The position numbers were made by a program, and so were the translations under genes. Under the pieces are notes generated by a model, which searched no databases, was not told where the DNA came from, and was given only the letters and a program-made list of their open reading frames with translations. This document shows, one piece after another, positions 24,166 to 34,276 of a DNA stretch of 64,000 bases (within the stretch, counting starts at the first letter, position 1; every line of letters begins with the position of its first letter). Origin of the DNA: Candidatus Spyradenecus sp. (GTDB taxonomy: Bacteria > Verrucomicrobiota > Verrucomicrobiia > Opitutales > UBA953); NCBI GenBank assembly GCA_045535075.1, contig JAZSKX010000005.1:95924-159923 (forward strand), in the 5' to 3' direction.

Positions 24166-25113
24166 TTAGAAGCGAAGTCCCGCCTGAATCGAAAACTCGA
24201 CAGCGGGATCAACCGTAAAGTGAGCGTCCGTTTCGTGCCCGCCTTCCCACAAACGATAATCCGTCCAAAGAATCGCTTTCGTTCCCGCCGCCATGAAGAA
24301 ATTTTTTCCGATATTGCGACGAACACTCAGCGAAATCGGAGCATTTTGGACATACCAAACCTCGCCTCGCCCGACGGTAATCGCGTCAAATCCGTAAGAA
24401 ATCCCCGCAGAAATTAGCCATTCGTTTCGGGCATCAACGTCCCACGTAACTTCCACGCCGTTCCCGATACGCAAATTCCACTCGCGGTCGAGCGAAAAAT
24501 CAAGCACCAGCGCCGGCATCGCGCTCCAGCGTTCACGATGGCGTGAATAAAAAACGGACGCGCCGAGCCAAATCGACCGCGTGCGGGAAAAATATTGCTT
24601 ATACCCGAGCGCAAAAGCTCCGTGCGCGCCGTCGGAAAGCGAAGTTGTATCTGCGGAAAACAGACTTCCGGAAACCATTCCCGCGATTGCCCGCCCGTTC
24701 GCCTTGTCATAAACATATTCCGTCCAATTAAAAATTTTGAGCATATCGACATGCTCAAACGGCGTTCCCGGCAACGACCAATTTTGCGTTCCCGAGAAAC
24801 GGTAATCCGTGCGCTGGTAATCCATGTTAACGAGGGAAATTAAATCTTCCTCTTCGGAGACGCGCGTCCAGGAAACGCCGGTTCCGTACACGGATGCCGC
24901 AAGCTTTCCGCCTTTGTTAATCGACGCGGGAAGGCGCTGCGCGTAATACGCGTAAAACGGCATCACGGAATTGGTTCCGCGCGTAAACGCTGCACGCGCA
25001 GGCGTGTAAATTTCCTCCCACCAGGAAAGCGCATCCGCCGTTCCCGCAACACAAAATACCGTTCCCGCCGATGAAAGCGGCAGGAACAGCCATTTCTTCA
25101 ATTCGGGAATCAT
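24166..25113 (-). CDS. Probable outer-membrane beta-barrel protein
   Basis: Signal peptide, aromatic amphipathic strands, C-terminal IQAGLRF. Confidence 0.65.
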   Translation of the reverse strand: MIPELKKWLFLPLSSAGTVFCVAGTADALSWWEEIYTPARAAFTRGTNSVMPFYAYYAQRLPASINKGGKLAASVYGTGVSWTRVSEEEDLISLVNMDYQRTDYRFSGTQNWSLPGTPFEHVDMLKIFNWTEYVYDKANGRAIAGMVSGSLFSADTTSLSDGAHGAFALGYKQYFSRTRSIWLGASVFYSRHRERWSAMPALVLDFSLDREWNLRIGNGVEVTWDVDARNEWLISAGISYGFDAITVGRGEVWYVQNAPISLSVRRNIGKNFFMAAGTKAILWTDYRLWEGGHETDAHFTVDPAVEFSIQAGLRF

Positions 25114-25119
25114 CGGAAA

Positions 25120-27567
25120 CTAACGGCGGACCGTGCACTTGGCAGCGCGCTCGATGTCGACTTGGATTTTATCGAACACCTTACCGACTTCGGCGTCTGT
25201 CAGCGTCTTTGTTTCCGAGCGGAAAACGATTTCAAACGCAAGCGACTTCTTTCCTTCCGGCAAACCTTTTCCGCGATAAACGTCGAAGCAGTTAACTTTT
25301 TCGACAAGGAACTGCTTGGAAGCAGCTTTGTTTGCCGTTGCTTTCAGTCTGTCGGCGATTTCACCTGCGGGAACGCTTTCGTCAACCACCAACGCCAAGT
25401 CGCGCGCGACCGGCGGGAACGTCGAGAACGCTTTGAAGCGGGCACGTTTCGGAGCATTTTTAAATGCGTCCTGCAAGAAAAGCACTTCGCCGGCAATAAC
25501 GGTTTCGGAAATATCCCAAGAAAGCGCGAGTTTTGCATCAACCAAGCCCAGCTCAATCGTCAGCGCACGCGCACGGTCGGTTGCCAAAGCGGAATGCCCT
25601 TTTTGCCAGAGCGGCGTTTGCTCGGTATTCATCGCCCCGAACAGCAAACGCTGTTCGGCGATTCCCGCCGCCGATGCGATTTCGGTGCAAAGTTTTTTTG
25701 CGAAGAAAACATCGAGTTTTTCACGTGTTTTCCACGAACGCGTCGTCGGTTCCGCAAGCACGACAAAGGCGACGGAAACGATTTCCCGCAGGGCGCCCGT
25801 TCGGTCTGGACGGAAAACGCGCCCGACTTCAAAAAGGCATCGCGGCTCGTTGTGTGCGGAAAGATTCAGGCGAAGCGCATCAAGCAAACCCGGAATCAGC
25901 GACGGGCGAATATGCGATTGGTCGCTCGTCAGCGGATTGGCGAGCGCAAGTGCGTTCGTCATTTTTTCGCCGAAGCATTTTTTCAGCTCGGCGGAATCGC
26001 GAAGCGTGTAATGAACGCATTCGGAAAAACCTTGTCCGACAAGCATGTTCGCCGCCTTGCGCGTAAATTGCGCCGTTTGCGCATCCGCATCTGTCGTATT
26101 CGGAGCCGCAATCGCTTCGGAGGGAATTGTATCCGTTCCGTAAATACGAACGAATTCTTCGACAAGATCAATCGGGCGATCGACTTCCGGACGAAACGCG
26201 GGAACGAGCACGCTCCAAACGCTGTTTCCCTTGTCCTCGACCGCAAAGCCGAGGCGCTTGAAAATATCGAGAATCGCGGCGTCTTCGACGGCGTAACCGC
26301 AACGGGAACGAACATAATCGCCGGAAATTTCAATCGTACGATCCGCACGCGGGAACGCTCCGAGTGCAATCGATTCGCCTTCGAGCGCTCCGCCGGCGAT
26401 TTCGCAAATAAGCTGCGCAGCACGCGCTCCCGCGACATCGACGAGGGTCGGGTCGACATCGCGCGTAAAGCGCGTCGAGCTGTCGGTCGATACAGCAAGT
26501 GTTCGGGAAGTCTTGCGAACCGAACCCGGATCAAACCACGCGGCTTCGAGCACGACATCGGTCGTCGCCTCCGTCACGCCGGAATTTTCGCCGCCCATGA
26601 CGCCGGCAACAACCATCGGCTTTTCCGCGTCAGCGATGACGCACATGTCCGCCGTGAGGGTGCATTCCTTGCCGTCGAGTAATTTGATTTTTTCGCCTTC
26701 GGCGGCTTGGCGGATTTTAATCGTGTTCCCGCCGATTGTCGCAGCATCAAAGGCATGAAGCGGAGAGCCGAGCTCCATCATCACCCAGTTTGTGATATCA
26801 ACAACATTGTTAATCGGGCGTAAGCCGACGGCGAGCAAATCGCGTTGCATCCATTCGGGAGACGGCGCGATTTTCACGCCGCGAATCGTCCGCGCCGTAT
26901 AAAGTGCGCAGTTCGGAGTTTCAAGCGAAACGGACAAAAATGCGTTGCTCGCATTCCCGCACGGAGCGTTGCGCGGCGTTCCCGCAACAGGATTCTTGAG
27001 CGATTTGTTAAAATACGCCGCGAGGTCGCGCGCCACACCGACATGCGAAAGACAATCGCCCCGATTCGCCGTAATCGAAATGTCAAAAACAGTGTCTGCC
27101 GGCGGGAAGCAATCGTTAATCGGCGTTCCGAGCACCAAATCACGCCCCGTCATGATGAGCAATCCGCCATGGTCGTCGTTCAAGCCGAGTTCCCGACCGG
27201 AACACATCATGCCTTGCGATACTTCACCGCGCATTGTCGTTTCGTTGATGGCAAATCCGCCCGGCATCACCGCGCCCGGAAGCGCCACGGGAACGATATC
27301 GTTTTCCTTAAAGTTTTTCGCACCGCAAACAATTTGACGAATATTGCCGTCGCCGACATCCACGCGGCAGACGCTGAGATGGTCGGAATTGGTATGCGGA
27401 ACAAAAGAAAGGATTTTTCCGACGACGATGTGTTCAAGCGGAACCAGCCCGGCGGAAGTGATTTCTTCGACTTCAAGCCCGATCATCGGCAACGCATCCG
27501 CGATTTTTTCTGCGGGAACGTCGCTCAAATCAACGTATTGATTCAACCACTGAAGAGAAATTTTCAT
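25120..27567 (-). CDS. pheT: Phenylalanine--tRNA ligase beta subunit
   Basis: MKISLQWL, IVCGAKN, NRGDCLSHVG, INNVVDITN, DLVEE, KKSLAF. Confidence 0.97.
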   Translation of the reverse strand: MKISLQWLNQYVDLSDVPAEKIADALPMIGLEVEEITSAGLVPLEHIVVGKILSFVPHTNSDHLSVCRVDVGDGNIRQIVCGAKNFKENDIVPVALPGAVMPGGFAINETTMRGEVSQGMMCSGRELGLNDDHGGLLIMTGRDLVLGTPINDCFPPADTVFDISITANRGDCLSHVGVARDLAAYFNKSLKNPVAGTPRNAPCGNASNAFLSVSLETPNCALYTARTIRGVKIAPSPEWMQRDLLAVGLRPINNVVDITNWVMMELGSPLHAFDAATIGGNTIKIRQAAEGEKIKLLDGKECTLTADMCVIADAEKPMVVAGVMGGENSGVTEATTDVVLEAAWFDPGSVRKTSRTLAVSTDSSTRFTRDVDPTLVDVAGARAAQLICEIAGGALEGESIALGAFPRADRTIEISGDYVRSRCGYAVEDAAILDIFKRLGFAVEDKGNSVWSVLVPAFRPEVDRPIDLVEEFVRIYGTDTIPSEAIAAPNTTDADAQTAQFTRKAANMLVGQGFSECVHYTLRDSAELKKCFGEKMTNALALANPLTSDQSHIRPSLIPGLLDALRLNLSAHNEPRCLFEVGRVFRPDRTGALREIVSVAFVVLAEPTTRSWKTREKLDVFFAKKLCTEIASAAGIAEQRLLFGAMNTEQTPLWQKGHSALATDRARALTIELGLVDAKLALSWDISETVIAGEVLFLQDAFKNAPKRARFKAFSTFPPVARDLALVVDESVPAGEIADRLKATANKAASKQFLVEKVNCFDVYRGKGLPEGKKSLAFEIVFRSETKTLTDAEVGKVFDKIQVDIERAAKCTVRR

Positions 27568-27609
27568 GATAAATAAATTTTCCTGTTTTTAGAGTTCGGC
27601 GGGAAACAA

Positions 27610-28650
27610 TTAGGCGAATTGGCGCAGGAAGCGCAGGTCGTTCGCGTAGAAATGGCGAATATCGTCAATCCCGTGAACGAGCATCGCGATACGTTCGATA
27701 CCCATACCGAATGCAAGTCCGCTCCATTCATTGGCGTCCAAGCCGACATTTTCGAGCACTTTCGGATCCACAAGCCCGCAGCCCATAATTTCAAGCCAGC
27801 GATTGCTCAACGCCCCCATGTTCGGCACGCGGATGTCCATCTCAAAGCTCGGTTCCGTAAACGGAAAGAAGCTCGGGCGCAAGCGCGTTTCCGCCGCGTT
27901 CCCGAAGACTTCCCGCACAAACGAATCGAGCACGCTCTTCAAATCTTTGAGCGTAACGTTTTTGTCAATCCAAAGGCCTTCGATTTGGTGGAAGTTTGCC
28001 GAGTGAGTCGCATCGACCGTGTCGCGGCGGAAGCAACGTCCCGGCGCAACAATACGAATCGGCGGCTTGCGGGAAAGCATCGTGCGAATCTGCACGGACG
28101 ACGTGTGCGAGCGCAACAGATAGGCCTCGTCGGCTTTTTTCGGAGCGTCGGTCGCTTTTGTTTCCGCCGGCAAAAAGAGCGTGTCCTGCATATCGCGCGC
28201 CGGATGATTTGCCGGCGTGTTCAGGGCATCAAAGCAAAACCATTCGGTTTCCAATTCCGGACCTTCGGCAATCGTGAAGCCGAGGCGGTGAAAAATTCCG
28301 CAAACTTCTTCACGAATTTGCGAAAGCGGGTGGCGCGTTCCCGCGAAATCGTCCGGCGACGGGAGCGACGGATCGATCGGCGCGCCGAGCTTTGCCGCCA
28401 ACTCCGCATCTTCGATACGCACCAAGGTCGCGGCGAAGATTGCCTCCAACTTCTGCTTGGCTTCATTGATCAGTTTGCCCATTGCCGGCTTTTCTTCTTT
28501 CGGAATCGAGCCCATCAGCTTCATGACCGCAGTCATGGAACCTTTGGAACCGACAAGGCTTGCTTTAAACACTTCAAATTCCGGACGCGTCTTAATCGCC
28601 GGCGCGGCGGAACTTGCTTCGGAAACAATATTGGCGAGCTGTTGCTGCAT
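27610..28650 (-). CDS. pheS: Phenylalanine--tRNA ligase alpha subunit
   Basis: HPARDMQDT, FHQIEGL, FPFTEPS, AFGMGIER; start at ATG 28650. Confidence 0.97.
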   Translation of the reverse strand: MQQQLANIVSEASSAAPAIKTRPEFEVFKASLVGSKGSMTAVMKLMGSIPKEEKPAMGKLINEAKQKLEAIFAATLVRIEDAELAAKLGAPIDPSLPSPDDFAGTRHPLSQIREEVCGIFHRLGFTIAEGPELETEWFCFDALNTPANHPARDMQDTLFLPAETKATDAPKKADEAYLLRSHTSSVQIRTMLSRKPPIRIVAPGRCFRRDTVDATHSANFHQIEGLWIDKNVTLKDLKSVLDSFVREVFGNAAETRLRPSFFPFTEPSFEMDIRVPNMGALSNRWLEIMGCGLVDPKVLENVGLDANEWSGLAFGMGIERIAMLVHGIDDIRHFYANDLRFLRQFA

Positions 28651-28671
28651 GATAATAAAAAAACTTAGATT

Positions 28672-28700
28672 ATCATACGCACCTTCTTGCGGGAACGCAA
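28672..28700 (-). promoter_or_regulatory. Putative sigma70 promoter of pheS: TTGCGT-N17-TATGAT
   Basis: Minus strand TTGCGT tcccgcaagaaggtgcg TATGAT, 21 nt before the ATG; the -35 overlaps a GTTCCCG copy. Confidence 0.6.
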
Positions 28701-28725
28701 GGACGCGCTCGCGCAGATTCACGCT

Positions 28726-29571
28726 CTAATCCAAAATCTGGAAAACGGACGCCGGAAGGCGCAACGCCGGCTTATCCAAATTTTCCGGACCAAAAAAAGT
28801 CCTCGGCAACTCCAAATGCAATGCCGCCGCCCGCACGACAAGTGTGTCGCGATCCCGCGTAACTTCATCGCGCAGCTCCAGTTCCTTAAAGGAGTAAATT
28901 TCCTGTACTTTTTGAACTTTTCCGAGCGAGAAACTCTTCAGCTTTTTCCCGTCGCCGTCGCGCACTTCGGCGCTGACAAGCGCGTTATAAACGCGATCGA
29001 AGCCGATATTTACAAAGCCGATTCCCGGATTTGCCTTTGCAAAATCTTCCGGCGGAAACATCTTAAAAAAATGCACGGGGCGCGCCCGATAACGCCGCGT
29101 TCGGCTGTATTCGTAATTTTCCCAAAACAAAAACGGCGTTTGCAAATCAAACGGAGTAAAAATTAAATCGGCAAAAAACGGACGCGTGCTTTCAGCGTTC
29201 ACCTTCTCAATTTTTCCCTCGGAATTCAGCTCCCAAAGCTCCGGATTTTTTCCGCTACGAATCAAAAATCTTTTCTCTTCCGTCGGAGGAGCGCCCTTTT
29301 TCCCGATGTGAAGCCGTAGCGCAATGCCGCCGTTGAGATATTTCCCCCACATCGTCCCCTCATATACACTTTCCTCATCGCTTTTTCGCGGCTTGTGAAC
29401 GATTTCAAAAATCATGCAAGAATCCGCGGGAAGGCGATAAGCACGAAACGCATCGAGAACGGCTCCCGCTTCTTCCGGTTTGAGTTGCTTAACGCCGATT
29501 TGACTTTGTGCGAACGCGGGAACGACAAACGCAATCACGGCAACGAGCAGAAAAGAAAAAACGCGAATCAT
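28726..29571 (-). CDS. Outer-membrane lipoprotein-sorting (LolA-like) periplasmic protein
   Basis: Signal peptide (AFA); FTPFDL; C-terminal beta-rich KSFSL...RDTL pattern. Confidence 0.6.
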   Translation of the reverse strand: MIRVFSFLLVAVIAFVVPAFAQSQIGVKQLKPEEAGAVLDAFRAYRLPADSCMIFEIVHKPRKSDEESVYEGTMWGKYLNGGIALRLHIGKKGAPPTEEKRFLIRSGKNPELWELNSEGKIEKVNAESTRPFFADLIFTPFDLQTPFLFWENYEYSRTRRYRARPVHFFKMFPPEDFAKANPGIGFVNIGFDRVYNALVSAEVRDGDGKKLKSFSLGKVQKVQEIYSFKELELRDEVTRDRDTLVVRAAALHLELPRTFFGPENLDKPALRLPASVFQILD

Positions 29572-29608
29572 AAACAAAATTTGCTAAGGTAAAAAATTAT
29601 ATAAGGAA

Positions 29609-30775
29609 TTAATTTTTGAAAGGCGTAGGCTCGTATCGAAGCACATCAAGCGATTTGAAGCCTTGATACATCAGCTCGGCGGCGCGCTGATTGCGCTCGC
29701 GTTGAGACGTTTTCGCATCAATTTCGCCTTTCTTATTTTTGACAAGCCCGCCCAATACAACGGCAACAACGCGCTTGTTCCCGCGTGACGCGGTCGTAAC
29801 AATCGAAGCTCCGGCGTTCGTCCATCCGGTTTTCAAGCCGTCGCACCCCTCGAAGATTTCCAAAAGCCGATTGTGATTTTTCATCGGCATAGGCAATTTG
29901 CGTTTTGTATTTTCCGGATAATTACGAACAATCGTTGATGAATAACGGAGCGACTCCGGAAAACGTTTAATCAGGGCGACGGAAAGCTTCGCAAGGTCTT
30001 CGGCAGTCGTCATGTCCGCCCGTTTTCCCGCATTTCGTTCCCTGCTGCTCGGCGGCAAACCGTGCGGCGTAGCAAAGCGCGTATTCGACAATCCGAGTTC
30101 TTCCGCCTTTTTATTCATGTCGGCGACAAAATCTTCGACGTTCCCGCAGAGCGTTTCCGCAAGAACAACGGCAGCATCGTTTGCGGATTGGAGCATAAGT
30201 CCGTAAATTAAATCTTCGATTCTGCAAGGTTCATCGACATCGAGATTGAGTTGCGTTCCGCCCATCCCGTAAGCGCGCTTGCTCGCAAGCACCGTATCGT
30301 TGAGGGAAATTTTTCCCGCCTCTAACGCCTCAAGAACAAGATAAAGCGTCATAATTTTCGTAACGCTCGCCGGCGGACATTGGCGGCGAATATTCGTTCC
30401 CGCAAGCATTTTGCCGGTTTCGGCATCGACACAAATCTCACCCGCCGAACGGAAAATAGAAAGAGTCTTTCGCGGAGCTTTCGGGACGCGCCCGGCTTTG
30501 GCAAGGGCAACGGGAGTCCCGAGCTCCGGCGCAGTAGCGGGCGGCGGCACGGGAACATAAGGCTCGACCGGAATTCCCGAAGTCGGCTCAGACCCTGCGG
30601 GAACGCCGTCAACGGTTTCTTCACCCAAAACCGGTATTTCCGGCGGCGGGGTTGCCGTCGCCGAAGAAGAATCAGATTTTTCGACTTCCGATTCCGAGAA
30701 GAGCACGAAAAACGCCGTCGTCCAAACGACGACCGCGACCACCGCGCCCAAAATCAAAAAGCGTTTGTTATTCAT
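29609..30775 (-). CDS. dacA: D-alanyl-D-alanine carboxypeptidase (peptidase S11)
   Basis: PASVTK (SxxK), SAND (SxN), GLKTG; N-terminal TM and Pro-rich linker. Confidence 0.9.
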   Translation of the reverse strand: MNNKRFLILGAVVAVVVWTTAFFVLFSESEVEKSDSSSATATPPPEIPVLGEETVDGVPAGSEPTSGIPVEPYVPVPPPATAPELGTPVALAKAGRVPKAPRKTLSIFRSAGEICVDAETGKMLAGTNIRRQCPPASVTKIMTLYLVLEALEAGKISLNDTVLASKRAYGMGGTQLNLDVDEPCRIEDLIYGLMLQSANDAAVVLAETLCGNVEDFVADMNKKAEELGLSNTRFATPHGLPPSSRERNAGKRADMTTAEDLAKLSVALIKRFPESLRYSSTIVRNYPENTKRKLPMPMKNHNRLLEIFEGCDGLKTGWTNAGASIVTTASRGNKRVVAVVLGGLVKNKKGEIDAKTSQRERNQRAAELMYQGFKSLDVLRYEPTPFKN

Positions 30776-32384
30776 GTTTCTTTCGTTTGAAAAATTTGTT
30801 CAAAAAAATACCGATCAACTCATCGCATTCCGGGAAACGCAAGAGCTTCAGGAGTAGGAAATAAAAACCGACAGCGACGGGAACGACGATAAAAAACGCC
30901 GCCAAAAGCCCCCACGAAAATCCTGCACAAATACGAACGGCAAAATTCCATGCGCCCCAAGTCGCTCCCGCCATCGCGCCGGAAGCAACGAGCACTTTAC
31001 ACAGCGCTCCGAGGACGGGTTCTTCGAAAAATACGCGTTCCCGCCGACGCAGAATAACGAGCAACGCAATGCATTGAAACGCAGCGGCAAGCAAATTGGC
31101 GGCGGCAAGTCCACACGCCTTAAAATGCCAACCTAAAATCGGAGAAAGCACCAAGTTTAAAGCGAAGGTTGCCACACCGACGCGCATTTGCGTTTGCGTG
31201 TCTTTAAGCGAGCTGAACGCCCGACCGACAATTCCGCTTACGGCATAAAAAGGCACCGCCAAAGCAAAAATATAGAGCACGGGAACGGTCAACGCCGTAT
31301 CGGCGGCGGAAAAATGCCCGTGCTGAAAAAAGCCGCGGACAAGCGGTTGCGCCAAGACGATAATCCCTAAGGTTGCGGGAATATTTATCGCCAGAATCAA
31401 TCGCATTCCGTAGGAAAACGTTTCCCCGAGTTCCCACATCCGCCTTTCGGCGGCATGGCTCGCCAAGAGCGGGAAAACGACGGTTGTAATCGTTACGGTA
31501 AAAATGCCGACGGGAATTTCGACAATTCGGTTGGCAAAGTAGTAAACAGCCAACGCACTGTCTTCCAAGAAAAACGCCAACGCACGCGTCGCAAAGAGAT
31601 TGAGCTGATTCACTCCTGCGCCGATAAGAGCGGGAAGAAACATTGCTTTAAGGTCATACCACGCAGGCGTCGTCGAAAGATCTATTTTCGGGCGCCATCC
31701 CGAGCGCCAAAGCGCCGCAGCGGGAATTCCGAGTTGCAGAGCTCCGCCGAAAAGCGCTCCCGCGCAAAGCCAAACGACGCGTTCTTCCGGCGTATCTCCG
31801 AAATACCATCCGAGTACTCCGAGAGAAAAAATCATCGAGAGATTCATCCAAACCGCACTGAGCGCCGTAACCGTAAATTTTCCGAGCATGTTTAACGCCG
31901 CCGAAAAAAGCGCCGCGATACAAATCATCGGCATATACGGCATGCAAAGCGCCGTCAGCCAAGCCGCCAGCCGATGGCGATCGACATCCGTTCCCGCGTT
32001 AAAAAACGTAGCCGTTCTCGAAATCGTTTCCTCCGGCAAAAGTGCAATCGCGACGGCGGCGACAACAAAAATCAGAGTTATTGCAAACATCCACGGCGCC
32101 GTTCGCGAAATCACCCGATTCAAAAACCGGAATGCGCACGCGTTCCCGCCGCGTTTCTGCTCTTGGGTCATCGCCGGCATTAGTGCGGTTGTCAACGCGC
32201 CTTCGCCGAGAAGCCGGCGGAACAGATTCGGAATTTGAAATGCCAAAATAAACGCGGATGCGACGGCTCCCGTGCCGAAAAATCCGGCAGTCAGTTGGTC
32301 ACGAAACAGCCCGAGAACACGCGAGCCCGCCGTTCCCGCCGCCGTCACCAGCATGTGCATATAAGATGCCGTCCGCGTACTCAT
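30768..32384 (-). CDS. murJ: Lipid II flippase
   Basis: SRVLGLFRD, AFQIPNLFRRLLGEGAL, multi-TM. Confidence 0.94.
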   Translation of the reverse strand: MSTRTASYMHMLVTAAGTAGSRVLGLFRDQLTAGFFGTGAVASAFILAFQIPNLFRRLLGEGALTTALMPAMTQEQKRGGNACAFRFLNRVISRTAPWMFAITLIFVVAAVAIALLPEETISRTATFFNAGTDVDRHRLAAWLTALCMPYMPMICIAALFSAALNMLGKFTVTALSAVWMNLSMIFSLGVLGWYFGDTPEERVVWLCAGALFGGALQLGIPAAALWRSGWRPKIDLSTTPAWYDLKAMFLPALIGAGVNQLNLFATRALAFFLEDSALAVYYFANRIVEIPVGIFTVTITTVVFPLLASHAAERRMWELGETFSYGMRLILAINIPATLGIIVLAQPLVRGFFQHGHFSAADTALTVPVLYIFALAVPFYAVSGIVGRAFSSLKDTQTQMRVGVATFALNLVLSPILGWHFKACGLAAANLLAAAFQCIALLVILRRRERVFFEEPVLGALCKVLVASGAMAGATWGAWNFAVRICAGFSWGLLAAFFIVVPVAVGFYFLLLKLLRFPECDELIGIFLNKFFKRKKHE

Positions 32385-33379
32385 CGGCGCCTCAAGAGCG
32401 AATTTTTTCGTCTTCCGGAATTGCTTGCTGCGGGCTTATTTCCTTTCAGAGCGTTAAGCGTTCCCGCGTAGGCGAAAATGCCGTCGGCGATTCCTTGAGC
32501 GATCAGTTCCCGCCGGTTCGTTCGTGCGATCAGCGCGGCTTCCGATGCATTAGTGAGAAATCCGCATTCAACAAGGATTCCCGGACATTTTAAGCCTTGA
32601 AGCACAGAAAAATTCGCGCATTTCACGCCGCGATCTTCCGCGTCGATTTTGGAGGAAAGCGCACTTTGGATTTTGTACGCGAGCAAGAGATTCCACGCAT
32701 CGAAACGATTACCGACATCGGCTTTTACCTTTGTTTTTTTGTAGCCGAACGATGCTTCTCCGACCGGGGTCAGCATCCAGGTTTCAACACCGCGCGCTGA
32801 TTTTGCCGCCGCCGCGTTAAAGTGAATACTCACGAACAAATCCGCCTTTGCCGCATTCGCTTTTTTTGATCTGGCTTCAAGCTCAAGAAAAACATCGCGG
32901 TCGCGCACCAAAATGACCGTGTAGCCGCGCTTTGTCAAAATGCGTTGCAATCGCTTCGCGATGTCGAGCGTATAGCTTTTTTCCCGCATTTTTCCTTCAA
33001 CTTTCCCCGGGTCTTTGCCGCCGTGCCCGGCATCAATAACGATTCTTTTTGCCGCGGGAACGTTTTTCTTCGACGGCGCAACAATCGGCGCCAAATGCTT
33101 TTCCCAGTCCCGTTTTTGAATAAAAATCTTCCCGTGCGCACATGAAAGCGCACGCCCCGTGTAAACGCGCGTTCCGTTAATCGTTACGTATGGTTTTTTG
33201 TCCTGAGCTTCGACATTGTAATTGCCGATTTTCCAACGTCGCAAATCAGAAACGCGGGAAGTGTTCGCCCGCGCGCCGGCTTCGCGAATTGTCGAATCAA
33301 GATTAATCGCCTGCGCCGCTGCAAACGGGGACGAGATAATCACGAAAAAAAGAAACGCAATCGCGGGAAGTCGAAACAT
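32381..33379 (-). CDS. N-acetylmuramoyl-L-alanine amidase (Amidase_3)
   Basis: IDAGHGGKDPG, FVSIHFNA, LVECGFLTN; start at ATG 33379. Confidence 0.92.
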   Translation of the reverse strand: MFRLPAIAFLFFVIISSPFAAAQAINLDSTIREAGARANTSRVSDLRRWKIGNYNVEAQDKKPYVTINGTRVYTGRALSCAHGKIFIQKRDWEKHLAPIVAPSKKNVPAAKRIVIDAGHGGKDPGKVEGKMREKSYTLDIAKRLQRILTKRGYTVILVRDRDVFLELEARSKKANAAKADLFVSIHFNAAAAKSARGVETWMLTPVGEASFGYKKTKVKADVGNRFDAWNLLLAYKIQSALSSKIDAEDRGVKCANFSVLQGLKCPGILVECGFLTNASEAALIARTNRRELIAQGIADGIFAYAGTLNALKGNKPAASNSGRRKNSLLRRR

Positions 33380-33506
33380 ATTTTCTTTAATATGACCGTT
33401 CGGCAGCGTTCCCGCAAAATGTTTTTCAGGCAAAGTCGCCGGATACAAAAAAGGCATTTCCGAACTGCTTCGAAAACGCCTTTAGGGATTAAACCCAAGC
33501 GGATCA

Positions 33507-34229
33507 CTACTCGCGCCGCGAAATGAAAAGCTGAATCATGTACCAGAAAAGCGTCGCGATTCCCGAGAAAATGACGAGCGCCGCGCCGACGTGTTGGTCC
33601 GGGCTGAATTGCTCTTTCACAGTCCAAGTATAATATAAAATCACAGCTGCCATGAATCCGATCATCGCGATAATGAACCACGTTCCCGGATTAATTCCCG
33701 CGAGTGCGAAAACAAGAATCGCCGCGAGTACGACGAAAAATCCTACGGAAACGAAAGCACGCAGAAACGAAAAATCCGTTTTCGTCATAAAGACGGTCGC
33801 CGTCAAACCTCCCGCGAGCAAAATCGTCGAAAGAGCGGCGGGAGCGACAATATCCTGCAAAGCGACGTCCGTACCGAACATCTTCAGGCAAATGTTCAAA
33901 AGCGGCGTAAAAATTACCGCTTCGGCGACAACATAAACGCCGAGCCCGGCAAGCTGTGTCGTCTGCGAAACGCCGCCGAATGCAAGGCGATTGGCAAACA
34001 TCGAAACCGCCCAAAGCGCGGCGAGGACGAGAATCCATCCGAACATGCCGTTCCCGAAAAGAAGCGCCGTCAACGTATCCGCCAGAGGCGACGAAAGTAA
34101 GCCAGCAAGAATCAGCCCGAACGCCGCACAGGATGCGGCGACCAAACCGTAGGTTCGGCGATAGAAACTTGCGCGATCAGCCGGAGAAGCCGACGCAACG
34201 GTAAACGGATTGGAAGTATAGCTATTCAT
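33507..34229 (-). CDS. Bax inhibitor-1/YccA family membrane protein
   Basis: RASFYRRTY, TKTDFSFL, about 7 TM helices. Confidence 0.88.
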   Translation of the reverse strand: MNSYTSNPFTVASASPADRASFYRRTYGLVAASCAAFGLILAGLLSSPLADTLTALLFGNGMFGWILVLAALWAVSMFANRLAFGGVSQTTQLAGLGVYVVAEAVIFTPLLNICLKMFGTDVALQDIVAPAALSTILLAGGLTATVFMTKTDFSFLRAFVSVGFFVVLAAILVFALAGINPGTWFIIAMIGFMAAVILYYTWTVKEQFSPDQHVGAALVIFSGIATLFWYMIQLFISRRE

Positions 34230-34276
34230 ATAAAAAAAGCGTTGCAGGATTCGTGCCTCAAAGCAAGTCGTTCTCT

